Assembly: GCA_019244185.1 (NCBI GenBank)
Contig: JAFATB010000022.1
Location: 160,001-224,000 of the forward strand
Direction of reading: 5' to 3'
From: Acidobacteriota bacterium
GTDB lineage: Bacteria; Acidobacteriota; Thermoanaerobaculia; Gp7-AA8
DNA: 64,000 nucleotides
Part shown: in pieces, positions 20,291-32,127 of the stretch
How the letters are laid out: every line of letters starts with the position of its first letter
Numbering within the stretch: the first letter of the stretch is position 1
Translations under genes and position numbers: made by a program
Notes under the pieces: generated by a model
Seen by the model: the letters and a program-made list of their open reading frames with translations, nothing else
Told to the model about the DNA's origin: nothing
Databases searched by the model: none

Positions 20291-20902
20291 ATGCCGAGAC
20301 CACCACGCCAGAATTCTCCGGCAACCCCGTTGTCCCACGGACAGTCCCACTATGTGCTCGAGCGCATGATCGCGGAACGGCGAATTTCGCCGGGCGAAGT
20401 TGCGCGTTACGTCTCCGAGATGGGCCGCGAGATCACTGATCTCGAACAGCGCCTGCAGCGTCTGCGCGAAGCGCACGGCGGTTCAGGCGGTGGCGCGGCC
20501 GCTCCCGCCCGCCGCGGTCCCGGCCGTCCTGCCGGCTCCGGCCGCGGTCCTGGCCGTCCCGCTGGATCCGGACGTGGTCCGGGCCGTCCCGCCGGTTCCG
20601 GCCGCGGCCCCGGCCGTCCCGCCGGTTCGGGCGCCAAAGCGGGAGCCGGTGCCGGTGCATCGTCGCAGGGCGCGAACGCGCAGGGCGGCGGCGCGGGTGC
20701 AGCGAAATCCGGCGGCGCCAAGCGCGGCCGCAAGCGTTCGAACATCACGCCCGAGCAGCTCGCCTCGCGCCAGCTTCAGGGCCGTTATCTCGCGCTCGTC
20801 CGCCAGTTCCCCGAGAACCGCCGCGCCGGCTACGCGAAAACGGCCAAGGAAAAAGGCCGTGAAGCCGCAATCAAGGAAATGCAGGAATCCCTCAAGAAGT
20901 AA
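20291..20902 (+). CDS. small basic protein with 4x RGPGRPAGSG (AT-hook-like) repeats, putative DNA-binding
   Basis: 203 aa with strong SD and its own terminator; coiled-coil segment, GRP repeats and KRGRKR motif. Confidence 0.75.
   Translation: MPRPPRQNSPATPLSHGQSHYVLERMIAERRISPGEVARYVSEMGREITDLEQRLQRLREAHGGSGGGAAAPARRGPGRPAGSGRGPGRPAGSGRGPGRPAGSGRGPGRPAGSGAKAGAGAGASSQGANAQGGGAGAAKSGGAKRGRKRSNITPEQLASRQLQGRYLALVRQFPENRRAGYAKTAKEKGREAAIKEMQESLKK
20513..20632 (+). repeat. 30-bp coding tandem repeat x4
   Basis: Unit CGCGGTCCCGGCCGTCCTGCCGGCTCCGGC with synonymous variation. Confidence 0.9.
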
Positions 20903-20924
20903 AGCGGCACTCCCGCCAATCCAC

Positions 20925-20953
20925 AAGGGGCGCACAATGTGCGCCCCTTTTTT
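20925..20953 (+). terminator. rho-independent terminator
   Basis: AAGGGGCGCAC-AAT-GTGCGCCCCTT followed by a T-run. Confidence 0.85.
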
Positions 20954-20962
20954 ATGGATACA

Positions 20963-22279
20963 ATGAAGACGTTTTTTATCGCTTTATTGCTGACGCTGCC
21001 ATTGCACGGGCGGGCGGCGGCCGAGCAGAGCACGGTCACGCTGCTGCAGTTTTCCGATTACCACTCGCATGCGCTGCCGTTTTACACCGACGCCGGCATG
21101 CGCGGCGGCATCGCCCGCGCGGTGCGATTTCTGCGGGATGAAAAGCGGCGCGGCGCGCTCGTCTTCAGCGGCGGCGACACGATCAACAAGGGCGCGCCCG
21201 CGTGGTCGGACAAATACGGCTGCGCCGAATGGCCGTGGCTGAACGGCGTCGTCGACGCGATGACGTTCGGCAACCACGACGCCGATTACGGTGTCGACGC
21301 GTTCGCCCGCTGCCGCGCGGACGTGCGCTATCCGATCCTCAGTGCGAACACCGCCGGATTTCCGCGGTACCGCGTCTTCACGGCGCGCGGCGTGCGCGTC
21401 GGTGTCTTCGCCGTCGCGGGGAGCGATTTCCCGAAGCTCGTGCACGTCGCCGGATTCACGTTCGGCGATCCGGTCGCGGCGGCGCGCGACGTCGTGCGCG
21501 AACTGCGCGAACGCGAGCGCGTCGACGCGGTGGTGCTGATCGGCCACGAACATCTCGACGCCGATTTCGCGCTCGCGCGTGCGGTGCCAGGCATCGATCT
21601 CATCTTCGGCTCGCACAGTCACCTCCGCCGCGACTTGATGCGCATTCCGGACACGAACACGTGGTTCATCTCGCCCGGCCAATATCTCGAAGCGATCAGC
21701 CGCGTCGAGCTGACGATTGCGAATCACGCGGTGACGTCGGCGCGCGGCGGGCTCGTCGAGATCGACGAACGTCTGCCGGAAGACCGCGCGATCGCGCGCA
21801 ACGTGGGGCGCATGCAGCGCGCGCTCGAACGCGATCCGCACTACAGCGCGCAGTTCGCCGTCATCGCGAATCTGCGCGGGCCATTGACGATCGCCGCGCT
21901 CGCGCAACGCACGCTCGAGCTCATGCGCAACGCCGCGCATGCCAACGTCGCGCTGTCGACGTTCAGCAGCTTCCGCCAGGCGTTGCCCGCGGGTCCGCTG
22001 ACGCTCGAACAGCTCACCGCGGCGCTGCCGTATGAAAACGAAATCGTGGTCTGCACGATGAGCGGCGCGCAATTGCAGCGCGTGCTCGACTACAGCGCCG
22101 CGCGTCGTGGCACGGACGGCGAGTCGTACATCGCGGCGCCGTTGCCACTCGACGTGTCGCGCAACTATCGCGTCGCGACGACCGACTTCCTGGCGAACGT
22201 GGCGTACAAGGAAGTCTTCAACTGCACGCCGGAGAAGACGGGATTGCACGTGCGCGAAACGCTGCGCAAGTCGCTATAG
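20963..22279 (+). CDS. secreted 5'-nucleotidase / bifunctional metallophosphatase
   Basis: Signal peptide; SDYHS, GGD, GNHD and GSHSH motifs plus a 5'-nucleotidase C-terminal domain. Confidence 0.88.
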   Translation: MKTFFIALLLTLPLHGRAAAEQSTVTLLQFSDYHSHALPFYTDAGMRGGIARAVRFLRDEKRRGALVFSGGDTINKGAPAWSDKYGCAEWPWLNGVVDAMTFGNHDADYGVDAFARCRADVRYPILSANTAGFPRYRVFTARGVRVGVFAVAGSDFPKLVHVAGFTFGDPVAAARDVVRELRERERVDAVVLIGHEHLDADFALARAVPGIDLIFGSHSHLRRDLMRIPDTNTWFISPGQYLEAISRVELTIANHAVTSARGGLVEIDERLPEDRAIARNVGRMQRALERDPHYSAQFAVIANLRGPLTIAALAQRTLELMRNAAHANVALSTFSSFRQALPAGPLTLEQLTAALPYENEIVVCTMSGAQLQRVLDYSAARRGTDGESYIAAPLPLDVSRNYRVATTDFLANVAYKEVFNCTPEKTGLHVRETLRKSL

Positions 22280-22876
22280 CCACCCTTTTTCGCGGGCGAT
22301 GCGCGCGGCCTCGACGCGGTTCGCCGCGCCGAGCTTGCTGATCGCTTCGGAGAGGTAATTGCGCACCGTCCCTTCCGACAAATGCAATTCCGCGGCGATG
22401 TCGGCGCTGGTCTGTCCTTCGCCGGCCATGCGCAGCACCTGCCGTTCGCGGTCCGTCAGCGGATCGGGCTCGCTCCACGCTTCCGCCGCGAGCTCGGGAT
22501 CGACGACGCGGCCGCCCGCCTTGACGCGGCGCACCGCATTCGCCAGTTGTTCGGCGGGTGAGTCTTTGAGCAGATAGCCCGACGCGCCCGCTTCGAGCGC
22601 GCGTCGCAGATAGCCGCCGCGCGCGAACGTCGTGAGGATGATGACGCGCGTCGGCAGCCCCTCGCGTTTGATCGCGGCGGCGAGCTCGAGCCCCGTTCTG
22701 CGCGGCATCTCGATGTCGGTCAGCACGACGTCCGGCTTCTGCACGCGGCAGATCGCGAGCGCGTCTTCGCCGTCGTGCGCGCGGCCGACGACTTCGATGT
22801 CGGTTTCGATCTCGAGCAGCGCCGCCAGCGCGCCGAGCACCATGGCCTGATCTTCGGCGACGACGACGCGGATCAT
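22274..22876 (-). CDS. NarL/DesR-type response regulator
   Basis: AEDQ...DIEMP...LTTF...GYLLKD and LuxR HTH (LSEGTVRNYLS). Confidence 0.93.
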   Translation of the reverse strand: MIRVVVAEDQAMVLGALAALLEIETDIEVVGRAHDGEDALAICRVQKPDVVLTDIEMPRRTGLELAAAIKREGLPTRVIILTTFARGGYLRRALEAGASGYLLKDSPAEQLANAVRRVKAGGRVVDPELAAEAWSEPDPLTDRERQVLRMAGEGQTSADIAAELHLSEGTVRNYLSEAISKLGAANRVEAARIAREKGWL

Positions 22877-23979
22877 GCGATGTCCGCGGAGGCGCACGAC
22901 CCGGCGTTGCGCGGCAATTTCACGGTGAGCGTCGTGCCGTCGCGGCCGTCGCGCGTCAGCGTGCCGCCGAGGAGCTCGACGCGCTCGCGCATGCCGGTGA
23001 GACCGTTGCCGAATGGCGCGCTGCCGCCGCGGCCGTCGTCGGCGATGCTCATCGCGAGCATGTCGCCGCGCGTGTCGAAGGTGATGCGGCAGCGGCGCGC
23101 GCCGGCGTGGCGCACGATGTTCGTCACGGCCTCGCGCAGCGCGAGCGCGAGCACCGCTTCGTGCGCGGGCGGCAGTTGCGGCTTCGACAGCGCGTTCGAC
23201 TCGAGCACGACGCCGGCGGTGCCGAGCGCGGCGCGCGCGTGTTGCAGCTCCGCGTCGATGCCGCCGGAGCGATAGCCGGCGACCGCGGAGCGCACCTGCG
23301 AGAGCGCGTCGCGCGCGATGCGCTCGACGTCGCGGATCTCTTCACGCGCGCGTTCGGTGTCGCGGTCCGCGAGCTTCGACGCGAGCTCGGACTTCAGGAT
23401 CACGAGCGAGAGCGTGTGCCCGAGGAGATCGTGGAGATCGCGCGCGATGCGCTCGCGTTCCGCGACTTTCGCGAGATGCTCGATCTCGTCCTGCGCGAGG
23501 CGCAGGCGCGCGTTCGCGCGTCCGACCTGCGCGTAATGAATGTTGATCGCGCCGACGAGCAGCGTGAACACGACCGGCCACGCCGCGTTGAAGATCGTGT
23601 AGCGGAGGAAGGACGCCTCGACGACGGCGAGCAGGGCAATGGCGATGACGCCGCTCGCCGCGTGGCGCGTCGTCGCGTTCGTGCCGATGCAGCCGGCGGC
23701 GTAGACGAAGAACGCGCCGGCTGCATACGACATCGGCCACAACGCCACGCCGAGCGCGGTCATCATCGCCGCCACGAGCACGAGCTCGCGTCCGCGCGCC
23801 CAGTAGCCGCGGAAGTACAGCACCGTGAAGACGGCCGTCGCGCCGAGGATCAGCAGCCAGTCGCGCGTCGACGAATGCGACGTGTAGAACGGCGTGAGGA
23901 CGAACGGAACGATGTAGATGAGCCACGCGTACGGCGTCCAGCCGAGCGTTCGATCGTTGGGAAGAATGCGGACGCGCAT
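22873..23979 (-). CDS. DesK-type sensor histidine kinase (HisKA_3)
   Basis: N-terminal TM helices; ERERIARDLHDLLGH, REAVTNIVRH, DDGRG, GLTGMRER. Confidence 0.93.
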   Translation of the reverse strand: MRVRILPNDRTLGWTPYAWLIYIVPFVLTPFYTSHSSTRDWLLILGATAVFTVLYFRGYWARGRELVLVAAMMTALGVALWPMSYAAGAFFVYAAGCIGTNATTRHAASGVIAIALLAVVEASFLRYTIFNAAWPVVFTLLVGAINIHYAQVGRANARLRLAQDEIEHLAKVAERERIARDLHDLLGHTLSLVILKSELASKLADRDTERAREEIRDVERIARDALSQVRSAVAGYRSGGIDAELQHARAALGTAGVVLESNALSKPQLPPAHEAVLALALREAVTNIVRHAGARRCRITFDTRGDMLAMSIADDGRGGSAPFGNGLTGMRERVELLGGTLTRDGRDGTTLTVKLPRNAGSCASADIA

Positions 23980-23992
23980 CGTCGGGTCCAGT

Positions 23993-24745
23993 TTAGCCGT
24001 ACATCTTCCCTTCGTCGCGGCGGTAGCCGATGTACGCGAGCGCGGTGAAGAGCACCGTGAACGCGACCATCGCCGCGACGTGCACGAGCGCGGAGCCGCC
24101 GCGGTCCGCGCCGATGACCTTCAGCGCGAGCTGCGAGTAGTGATACGGCGGCAGCCACAGCGCGATCTTCTGCACGGCTTTCGGAAGCATCTGCACGGGG
24201 ATCCAGAGTCCGGACAAAAACGCCATCGGGAGATAAATGAGGTTGACGATCGGCGCCGCGGAGTTCGGTCCGGCGATGAAGGCGACACAGAGGCCGAGCG
24301 CGCAGAACGTGATCGAGCCGGAGACGAGCACGCCGAACAGCGCCAGCGCGCGCATCGGCGCGAGTTGCACGCCGCTGAAGAGCGTGCCCATCGTGAAGAG
24401 CAGCACGATGATCGCGGAGCTGAACGTCATCGCCATCACCGTCTTCGCGAAAAAGTACGCGCTGACCGGCATCGGCGTCGTGCGCTTCGCCTCGAGCCAT
24501 CCTTGTCCGCGCTCGATGGCGACGGAGACGCCGAAGCCGAACAGCGACGCGCCGATGACGCCGAATGCGCCGTACGTCGCGATGAGGTACTCGGCCATCT
24601 TCACCGAGCCGACCGAGCGGCCGCCGAACATCACGCCGAAGAAGACATAGAAGACGACCGGGAAGAGGATCGTCGGCAGCGAGTACGCCGGCAGGCGCAG
24701 CGCCTTGAAGAGTTCGTATTTCGATTCGAGCAGATACGTGCGCAT
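23993..24745 (-). CDS. ABC-2 type transporter permease (YvfS-like)
   Basis: About six TM segments; FLSGLWIP motif; in operon with the ATPase and two-component pair. Confidence 0.88.
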   Translation of the reverse strand: MRTYLLESKYELFKALRLPAYSLPTILFPVVFYVFFGVMFGGRSVGSVKMAEYLIATYGAFGVIGASLFGFGVSVAIERGQGWLEAKRTTPMPVSAYFFAKTVMAMTFSSAIIVLLFTMGTLFSGVQLAPMRALALFGVLVSGSITFCALGLCVAFIAGPNSAAPIVNLIYLPMAFLSGLWIPVQMLPKAVQKIALWLPPYHYSQLALKVIGADRGGSALVHVAAMVAFTVLFTALAYIGYRRDEGKMYG

Positions 24746-24757
24746 GGTGTGGTTCCT

Positions 24758-25486
24758 TTACGAGACCATTTCGATGAACGCGTCTTCGAGCGTGGCGGAG
24801 TCGCCTTTGATCTGCTGCGGCGTGCCTTCCGCGACGATGACGCCGCGATGGAGGACGATCACGCGATCGGCGAGCGCTTCCGCTTCGGCGAGGTAGTGCG
24901 TCGTCAGCAGCACCGAACGTCCGCGCGCGATGAAGGCGCGGATCTGTTTCCAGAGAGCGCGCCGCGACTCGACGTCGAGTCCCGTCGTCGGCTCGTCGAG
25001 CACGAGGACGTCGGGATTGCCGCAGATGGCGAGCGCGAAGAGCACGCGCTTCTGCTGGCCGCCGGAGAGCTGGCCGTACAGGCGGTTCTCGAGTCCGTGC
25101 AGTCCCGCGGCTTCGATGACTTCCGCGAGCGGCATCGGCGTCGGGTAGTAGCTCGAGAAGAGCTCGATGTGCTCGCGGACGCGCAGCGTTTCGGGGACGC
25201 GCGCGATCTGCAGCATCGCGCCGACGCGCGTGCGGCTCGCGGCGTCGCGCGGATTTCCGCCGAAGACGCGCGCCTCGCCCGAGGTCGGCGCGATGAGGCC
25301 GAGGAGGATGCGGACGGCCGTCGTTTTGCCGGCGCCGTTCGCGCCGAGGAGCGCGACGAGCTCGCCGGGGCGAATGGTGAGATCGACGCCGCGCAGCGCG
25401 TCGACGGCGTCGAACTGCTTGCGGATGGCGCGGAATTGTGCGGGCGGCTGTGCGTTCGGATGAAGTGGGATGGCTGTGCTTCTCAT
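24758..25486 (-). CDS. ABC transporter ATP-binding protein (YvfR-like)
   Basis: GANGAGKTT, LSGGQ, LDEPT and H-loop. Confidence 0.93.
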   Translation of the reverse strand: MRSTAIPLHPNAQPPAQFRAIRKQFDAVDALRGVDLTIRPGELVALLGANGAGKTTAVRILLGLIAPTSGEARVFGGNPRDAASRTRVGAMLQIARVPETLRVREHIELFSSYYPTPMPLAEVIEAAGLHGLENRLYGQLSGGQQKRVLFALAICGNPDVLVLDEPTTGLDVESRRALWKQIRAFIARGRSVLLTTHYLAEAEALADRVIVLHRGVIVAEGTPQQIKGDSATLEDAFIEMVS

Positions 25487-25572
25487 GCCGCACAGAATGC
25501 GTTCGCGGCGCGCGGAACAACATTGGAGAACATCACGCGCGGCGGATGACGAATGTCAGGCGAGTGGTTCGC

Positions 25573-25602
25573 TTGACCCAACGGTTACGGTGCCTATAGA
25601 TT
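25573..25602 (+). promoter_or_regulatory. putative sigma70 promoter of sdhCAB
   Basis: TTGACC-N18-TAGATT upstream of sdhC. Confidence 0.35.
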
Positions 25603-25662
25603 GCGGCGCGGCCTTACTCGATGACTTCCGCACCGTACTCCCCACCTCGAGGTGAGCTTCGC

Positions 25663-26340
25663 ATGACGTGGTTCGGCAGCTTCTACCGCTCTGCCATCGG
25701 CAAGAAGGCGGTCATGGCCGTTACCGGCCTGGTCCTCTTCGGCTGGATCTTCCTGCACATGGTCGGCAACCTGAAGCTGTATCTCGGCGCCGAGCACATG
25801 AACGAGTACGCGCACTGGCTGCGCGCGATCGGGACGCCGGCGATGCCGGAGTCGGGTCTTTTGTGGATCGTGCGCCTGCTGCTGCTGCTCTGCGTCGTGC
25901 TGCACATCCACTCCGCGTACGCGCTGACGATGATGAATCGCGAGGCGCGCCCGATCGGGTATCGCGACCGCAAGTACGAGCGCGCGACCTACGCCGCGCG
26001 CACGATGCGCTGGGGCGGCGTCATCATCCTGCTCTTCATCATCTATCACCTGCTGCATCTGACGACGGGCACGGTGCATCCGAATTTCGTGAAGGACGAT
26101 CCGTACCACAACGTCGTGGCCGGCTTTCGGGTGTGGTGGGTGGCGGCGGTCTACATCATCGCGAACCTCGCCCTCGGCCTGCACCTCTATCACGGCGTCT
26201 GGAGCATGTTCAGCTCCCTCGGCGTGACGCACGTGCGCTGGGAACTGGCGCGGCGCAGCTTCGCCACCGCGTTCGCGCTGATCATCACCCTCGCGAATGT
26301 TTCGTTTCCGATCGCCGTGCTGACGGGGCTGGTGCACTGA
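25663..26340 (+). CDS. sdhC: succinate dehydrogenase cytochrome b subunit (b558)
   Basis: SAIGKKAVMAVTG, HMVGNL, HLYHGVWS heme-ligand histidines; start placed after SD GAGGTG. Confidence 0.9.
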   Translation: MTWFGSFYRSAIGKKAVMAVTGLVLFGWIFLHMVGNLKLYLGAEHMNEYAHWLRAIGTPAMPESGLLWIVRLLLLLCVVLHIHSAYALTMMNREARPIGYRDRKYERATYAARTMRWGGVIILLFIIYHLLHLTTGTVHPNFVKDDPYHNVVAGFRVWWVAAVYIIANLALGLHLYHGVWSMFSSLGVTHVRWELARRSFATAFALIITLANVSFPIAVLTGLVH

Positions 26341-26343
26341 CGA

Positions 26344-26440
26344 TGAATGAAGAACGCAGAACGCAGAATGAAGAATTGAGAAACCGGAAGCGGGGGCAGA
26401 TTTCTTCATTCTGCGTTCTGCGTTCTGCGTTCTTCATTCA
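26344..26440. repeat. palindromic heptamer-repeat element, copy 2
   Basis: TGAATGAAGAACGCAGAACGCAGAATGAAGAA...TTCTTCATTCTGCGTTCTGCGTTCTGCGTTCTTCATTCA between sdhC and sdhA; carries a 36-aa ORF at 26343-26453. Confidence 0.9.
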
Positions 26441-26461
26441 ACCGAGAGGCTGATACCGACG

Positions 26462-28375
<1,914 letters not shown>

Positions 28376-28390
28376 GGGAGCTACAGGTAC

Positions 28391-29158
28391 ATGGATCTCA
28401 CACTGCACGTGTGGCGACAGAAGTCGCGCGAAGCACAAGGTCAATTCGTTGACTACAAGGCCGCCGGCATCAGCCCCGACGCCTCGTTCCTGGAGATGCT
28501 CGACGTCGTCAACGAGACGCTCGTCGAGAAAGGGGAGGAGCCGATCCACTTCGAGCACGACTGCCGCGAGGGCATCTGCGGCTCGTGCGGCATGATGATC
28601 AACGGCGTCGCGCACGGACCGATCGGCGGCACGGCCACCTGCCAGCTGCACATGCGCCATTTCAAGGACGGCGACGAGGTGTGGATCGAGCCGTGGCGCG
28701 CGCGCTCGTTCCCCGTGATCAAGGATCTCATCGTCGACCGCAGCCCGCTCGACAAGATCATCCAGGCCGGCGGCTTCATCTCCGTCAACACCGGCGCCGC
28801 CATCGAAGCCAACTCGCTGCCGATCTCGAAGACGACGCAGGAACTGGCGATGGACGCCGCGGAATGCATCCAGTGCGGCGCGTGCGTCGCGCAGTGCCCC
28901 AACGGTGCGGCGCAGCTCTTCACCGCCGCGAAAGTATCGCACCTCGGGCTGCTCCCGCAGGGACAGCCGGAGCGCTACGAGCGCGTGCTGAAGATGGTGG
29001 ACGTGATGGAAGAGTACTTCGGCAGCTGCACGCTCTTCCGCGAATGCGAGGCGGTGTGCCCGAAGGAGATCTCGGTGAAGTTCATCGCGCGCATGAACCG
29101 CGACTACCTCGCGGCGAAGATTCGCGCGCCGAAGGAAGCGGCGGCGGTCGCGGAGTGA
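28391..29158 (+). CDS. sdhB: succinate dehydrogenase iron-sulfur subunit
   Basis: [33 protein letters not shown]. Confidence 0.96.
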   Translation: MDLTLHVWRQKSREAQGQFVDYKAAGISPDASFLEMLDVVNETLVEKGEEPIHFEHDCREGICGSCGMMINGVAHGPIGGTATCQLHMRHFKDGDEVWIEPWRARSFPVIKDLIVDRSPLDKIIQAGGFISVNTGAAIEANSLPISKTTQELAMDAAECIQCGACVAQCPNGAAQLFTAAKVSHLGLLPQGQPERYERVLKMVDVMEEYFGSCTLFRECEAVCPKEISVKFIARMNRDYLAAKIRAPKEAAAVAE

Positions 29159-29174
29159 CCGCCGCCACGCGCGG

Positions 29175-29798
29175 TCACTTCATCTTGCTCTGAATGTCCT
29201 TGATCATCTGCAGGTGCTGCTGCAGCGTCGGCAGCGTTTTGCCGGCCCATGCCTTGAGGTCGGCGTCGCTCGCGGACGTGGACTGCTTCTGGAACTCGGC
29301 GACGTCTTTCTCGTGGTCCTTGACCATGTCGTCGACGTAAGCCTTGTCGAAGTCCTTGCCGGTCAGCGTCGACAGCTTCTGCATCGCGTCCTTGTGCTCG
29401 TCGTCGAGGTCCGTCGGGAGCGCGAGGCCTTTCGTCGTGGCGAACGACTTCAGCTCGTCATTCGCTTTCGAGTGATCGGTGACCATCCGCTGGCCGAACG
29501 CCTTGACGTCCGCGGACGTGGCCTTGCTCGCGGCGAGCTGGCCCATCTGCACCTCGGCCATGCCGCCGATGGCGGCCTTCGTGACGAACTCCTTGTCGTC
29601 GCCCGACATGTTCGACACCGTGCCGCCGGTGGAGCCGGTGGTCGTTGCGGTCATCGTGTCGGTCTGCGACGCCGACTGTGCGGCAGCCGTGTCCGTGGTC
29701 TCCGAGGCGGACTGTTGGGTTTCTTCGCTCTTCTTGCAGGCGCCGAGTGCCGCGACGAGCAGCAACGCGGCGAACAAAATCATCCAGCGTGATCTCAT
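29175..29798 (-). CDS. DUF4142 lipoprotein
   Basis: Lipobox LGAC; AEVQMGQLA...VKAFGQRMVTDH...FDKAYVDDMVKDH...TLPTLQQHL. Confidence 0.88.
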   Translation of the reverse strand: MRSRWMILFAALLLVAALGACKKSEETQQSASETTDTAAAQSASQTDTMTATTTGSTGGTVSNMSGDDKEFVTKAAIGGMAEVQMGQLAASKATSADVKAFGQRMVTDHSKANDELKSFATTKGLALPTDLDDEHKDAMQKLSTLTGKDFDKAYVDDMVKDHEKDVAEFQKQSTSASDADLKAWAGKTLPTLQQHLQMIKDIQSKMK

Positions 29799-29827
29799 AA
29801 ATCGACTTCTCCTTTCGCCGCCGGATG

Positions 29828-29843
29828 TGCAGAAGAAGTGCCC
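29828..29843 (-). promoter_or_regulatory. possible sigma54 (-24/-12) promoter of DUF4142 gene
   Basis: Minus strand GGGCACTTCTTCTGCA: GG-N10-GC with GGCAC, ~30 nt upstream of the ATG. Confidence 0.35.
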
Positions 29844-29847
29844 GGCA

Positions 29848-31014
29848 TCACAGAAATTCACGTAATCCCGCCGCAAGACGCTGATAGTCGTCCATCGTGT
29901 TGTACAGCTGTGCCGACACGCGGAGCAGCCGTTTCGGTGGATGCGGCCACGGCACGAACGGGACTTCGACGTTGCGCTCGAACAGCAGCCGGTCCTGCAC
30001 GGGATCGCCGTAGAGCGCCGGCGCCTCCGTCGCATTGCCGTCCGGCAGCGGCACGGCGGCCATGCAGCCGAGCATCGCGTCGGGCGCGGGCTTGTCGATC
30101 TGCAGCGTCTCGCACAGAAGATCGCGCGCGCGCAGCGCGAGCTCGTGATTGCGGCGCATGACCTCGGGCCAGCCGCCGTCGACGAACGACGCGACGACGC
30201 GCAACGACTCGGGGACGCAGAGGTACGGCGTCGGATCGTGCGTGCCCGTCCAGTCGAACTCGACGAGGAAGCGGCTGCGGTCGCGGCGCGTGGAGGTCGC
30301 GCCGTGGCTGATCACTGCGGGACGGACGCTCGCGCGGCGGTTCTCGCGGACGTACAGGAACGCCGCACCTTTCGGCGCGCAGACCCACTTGTGCAGATTG
30401 CCGGCGTAATACGCGGCGCCGAGGGCGCGGAGGTCGAGCGGCAGATGTCCGGGCGCGTGCGCGCCGTCGACGAGCGTGTCGATGCCGCGCGACTGCAGCT
30501 CCGCGATGATGCGCTGCACCGGCAGGATCAGCGCGGTCTGGCTGGTGATGTGATCGATGAGGAGCAGCCGCGTGCGCGACGTGACTTTGTCGAGCACGCG
30601 CTCGACGACGACGTCGGGCGACGCGATCGGAAACGGCACGTCGATGACGACGACTTTCGCGCCCGCGATTCCCGCGACGTAGTCGAGCGTGTTGCGGCAA
30701 GCGTTGTATTCGTGGCTCGAGACGAGCAGCTCGTCGTTCCCATCGAGATCGAGCGAGCGCAGCACGGCGTTCACGCCGAACGTGGCGTTCGGGACGAAGG
30801 CGAGACCTTCCGCGTCGGCGCCGACGAACTCCGCGAGCGTGTGCCGCGCGTCGTCGGTGAGCGGCTCAAGCTCGCGCGCGAAGAAGCGCACCGGCTCGCG
30901 CTCCATCTGCGCGCGCAGCTCGTTCTGCTTTTCGAGCACGAGCCGCGGCGTCGCGCCGAACGAGCCGTGGTTGAGAAAGGCGATGTCGGGATCGAGAGTC
31001 CAGTGTTCCTTCAC
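29848..31014 (-). CDS. class V PLP enzyme (isopenicillin-N epimerase / EgtE-like lyase)
   Basis: FLNHGSFGA, LVDGAHAPG, GNLHKWVCAPKG, WTGT.D. Confidence 0.88.
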   Translation of the reverse strand: MKEHWTLDPDIAFLNHGSFGATPRLVLEKQNELRAQMEREPVRFFARELEPLTDDARHTLAEFVGADAEGLAFVPNATFGVNAVLRSLDLDGNDELLVSSHEYNACRNTLDYVAGIAGAKVVVIDVPFPIASPDVVVERVLDKVTSRTRLLLIDHITSQTALILPVQRIIAELQSRGIDTLVDGAHAPGHLPLDLRALGAAYYAGNLHKWVCAPKGAAFLYVRENRRASVRPAVISHGATSTRRDRSRFLVEFDWTGTHDPTPYLCVPESLRVVASFVDGGWPEVMRRNHELALRARDLLCETLQIDKPAPDAMLGCMAAVPLPDGNATEAPALYGDPVQDRLLFERNVEVPFVPWPHPPKRLLRVSAQLYNTMDDYQRLAAGLREFL

Positions 31015-32117
31015 GCCGGGATCATAGCGGCGATGCGGCGCACGCCTTCCGCGAAAATCTCGGGACGCACGAGGAGCGAGACGACGATGAATCCCTCCGT
31101 CGTGAAGTCGAAGAAGTAGCCGGGCTGCACAACGACGCCGCGGTCGAGGAGCGCGAGCGCGAACTCGTCGTCCGACATGACGCGCGGCACACGCAGCACC
31201 GCGGACCAGCCACCTTCAACCGGCAGCACGCGCGCGGCGGCGACGCTCGCGAAGATTTCGTGCAATGCGGCGAGATTCGCGCGCGTGCGTTCCGCGATCT
31301 CTGCGCGGATGCGCGGCGCGATGCGCAGCAGCTCCGGCAGCGCGGCTTGCACGGGCGTGGCGACGGAAAGGAAGTTGTCCGCGATGAGCTCGAGCGCGTC
31401 GATCGCCGCGCGGCGTTCCGTTGCCGGTCCGCTCACGCGGATCCAGCCGAGCTTGTAGTGGGGGAGGCCGGCGGATTTCGAGAGTCCGCCGAGCGTGAAC
31501 GTGAGGAGGTCGTCGCGCACGAGCGTCGTGCCGCGCGCGTCGAGCGGATAGTCGAGGAACACTTCGTCCGCGATGAGCGGGATGCCGTGCATCGCGAGCG
31601 CGTGCTGTTCGTCGGGCGTGATGAACGAGCCGGTGGGATTGTTCGGATTGACGACGATGATCGCGCGCGTGCGCGGTCCCGGCGCGATCGGGCCGAGCTC
31701 CCACCGGCGATGCAGCTCCAGCGGAAACGTCCGCAGCGTGATGAGCTCGAGCGCGGCGAGATGCTCGAAGAGCGGATACGACGGGATCGCGATGAGCACG
31801 TCGTCGCCCGGATCGGCGAGTAGCTTGAAGAGAAACGAGTACGCCTCGCTCGTCGACGCGGTGAGCACGACGTCGTCCGCATCGCACTGCAGCGACGCCG
31901 CGACGGCTTCGCGCGCGGAGCGCAGGCCGAGGGGTTGCGGATCGTACGGCGCGCGCGCGGCGCGCTGCATCGCGTCGGCGAGCTCGTCGAGCGGATAGTC
32001 GAGACCCGCGCGCGTCGGATTCGTTTCGGTGAGATCGAGCAGTTCGCCGCGCCATGCGCGCTCGCGCGTCAGCTGATTGACCGGAGCGTTCCAGTGCGCG
32101 CGCGTCGAGAACTTCAC
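31011..32117 (-). CDS. class I/II PLP-dependent aminotransferase
   Basis: VNPNNPTG, IADEVF, GGLSKSAGLPHYKLGW; GTG start (VKFSTR). Confidence 0.88.
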   Translation of the reverse strand: MKFSTRAHWNAPVNQLTRERAWRGELLDLTETNPTRAGLDYPLDELADAMQRAARAPYDPQPLGLRSAREAVAASLQCDADDVVLTASTSEAYSFLFKLLADPGDDVLIAIPSYPLFEHLAALELITLRTFPLELHRRWELGPIAPGPRTRAIIVVNPNNPTGSFITPDEQHALAMHGIPLIADEVFLDYPLDARGTTLVRDDLLTFTLGGLSKSAGLPHYKLGWIRVSGPATERRAAIDALELIADNFLSVATPVQAALPELLRIAPRIRAEIAERTRANLAALHEIFASVAAARVLPVEGGWSAVLRVPRVMSDDEFALALLDRGVVVQPGYFFDFTTEGFIVVSLLVRPEIFAEGVRRIAAMIPA

Positions 32118-32127
32118 GCGCGGGAGT

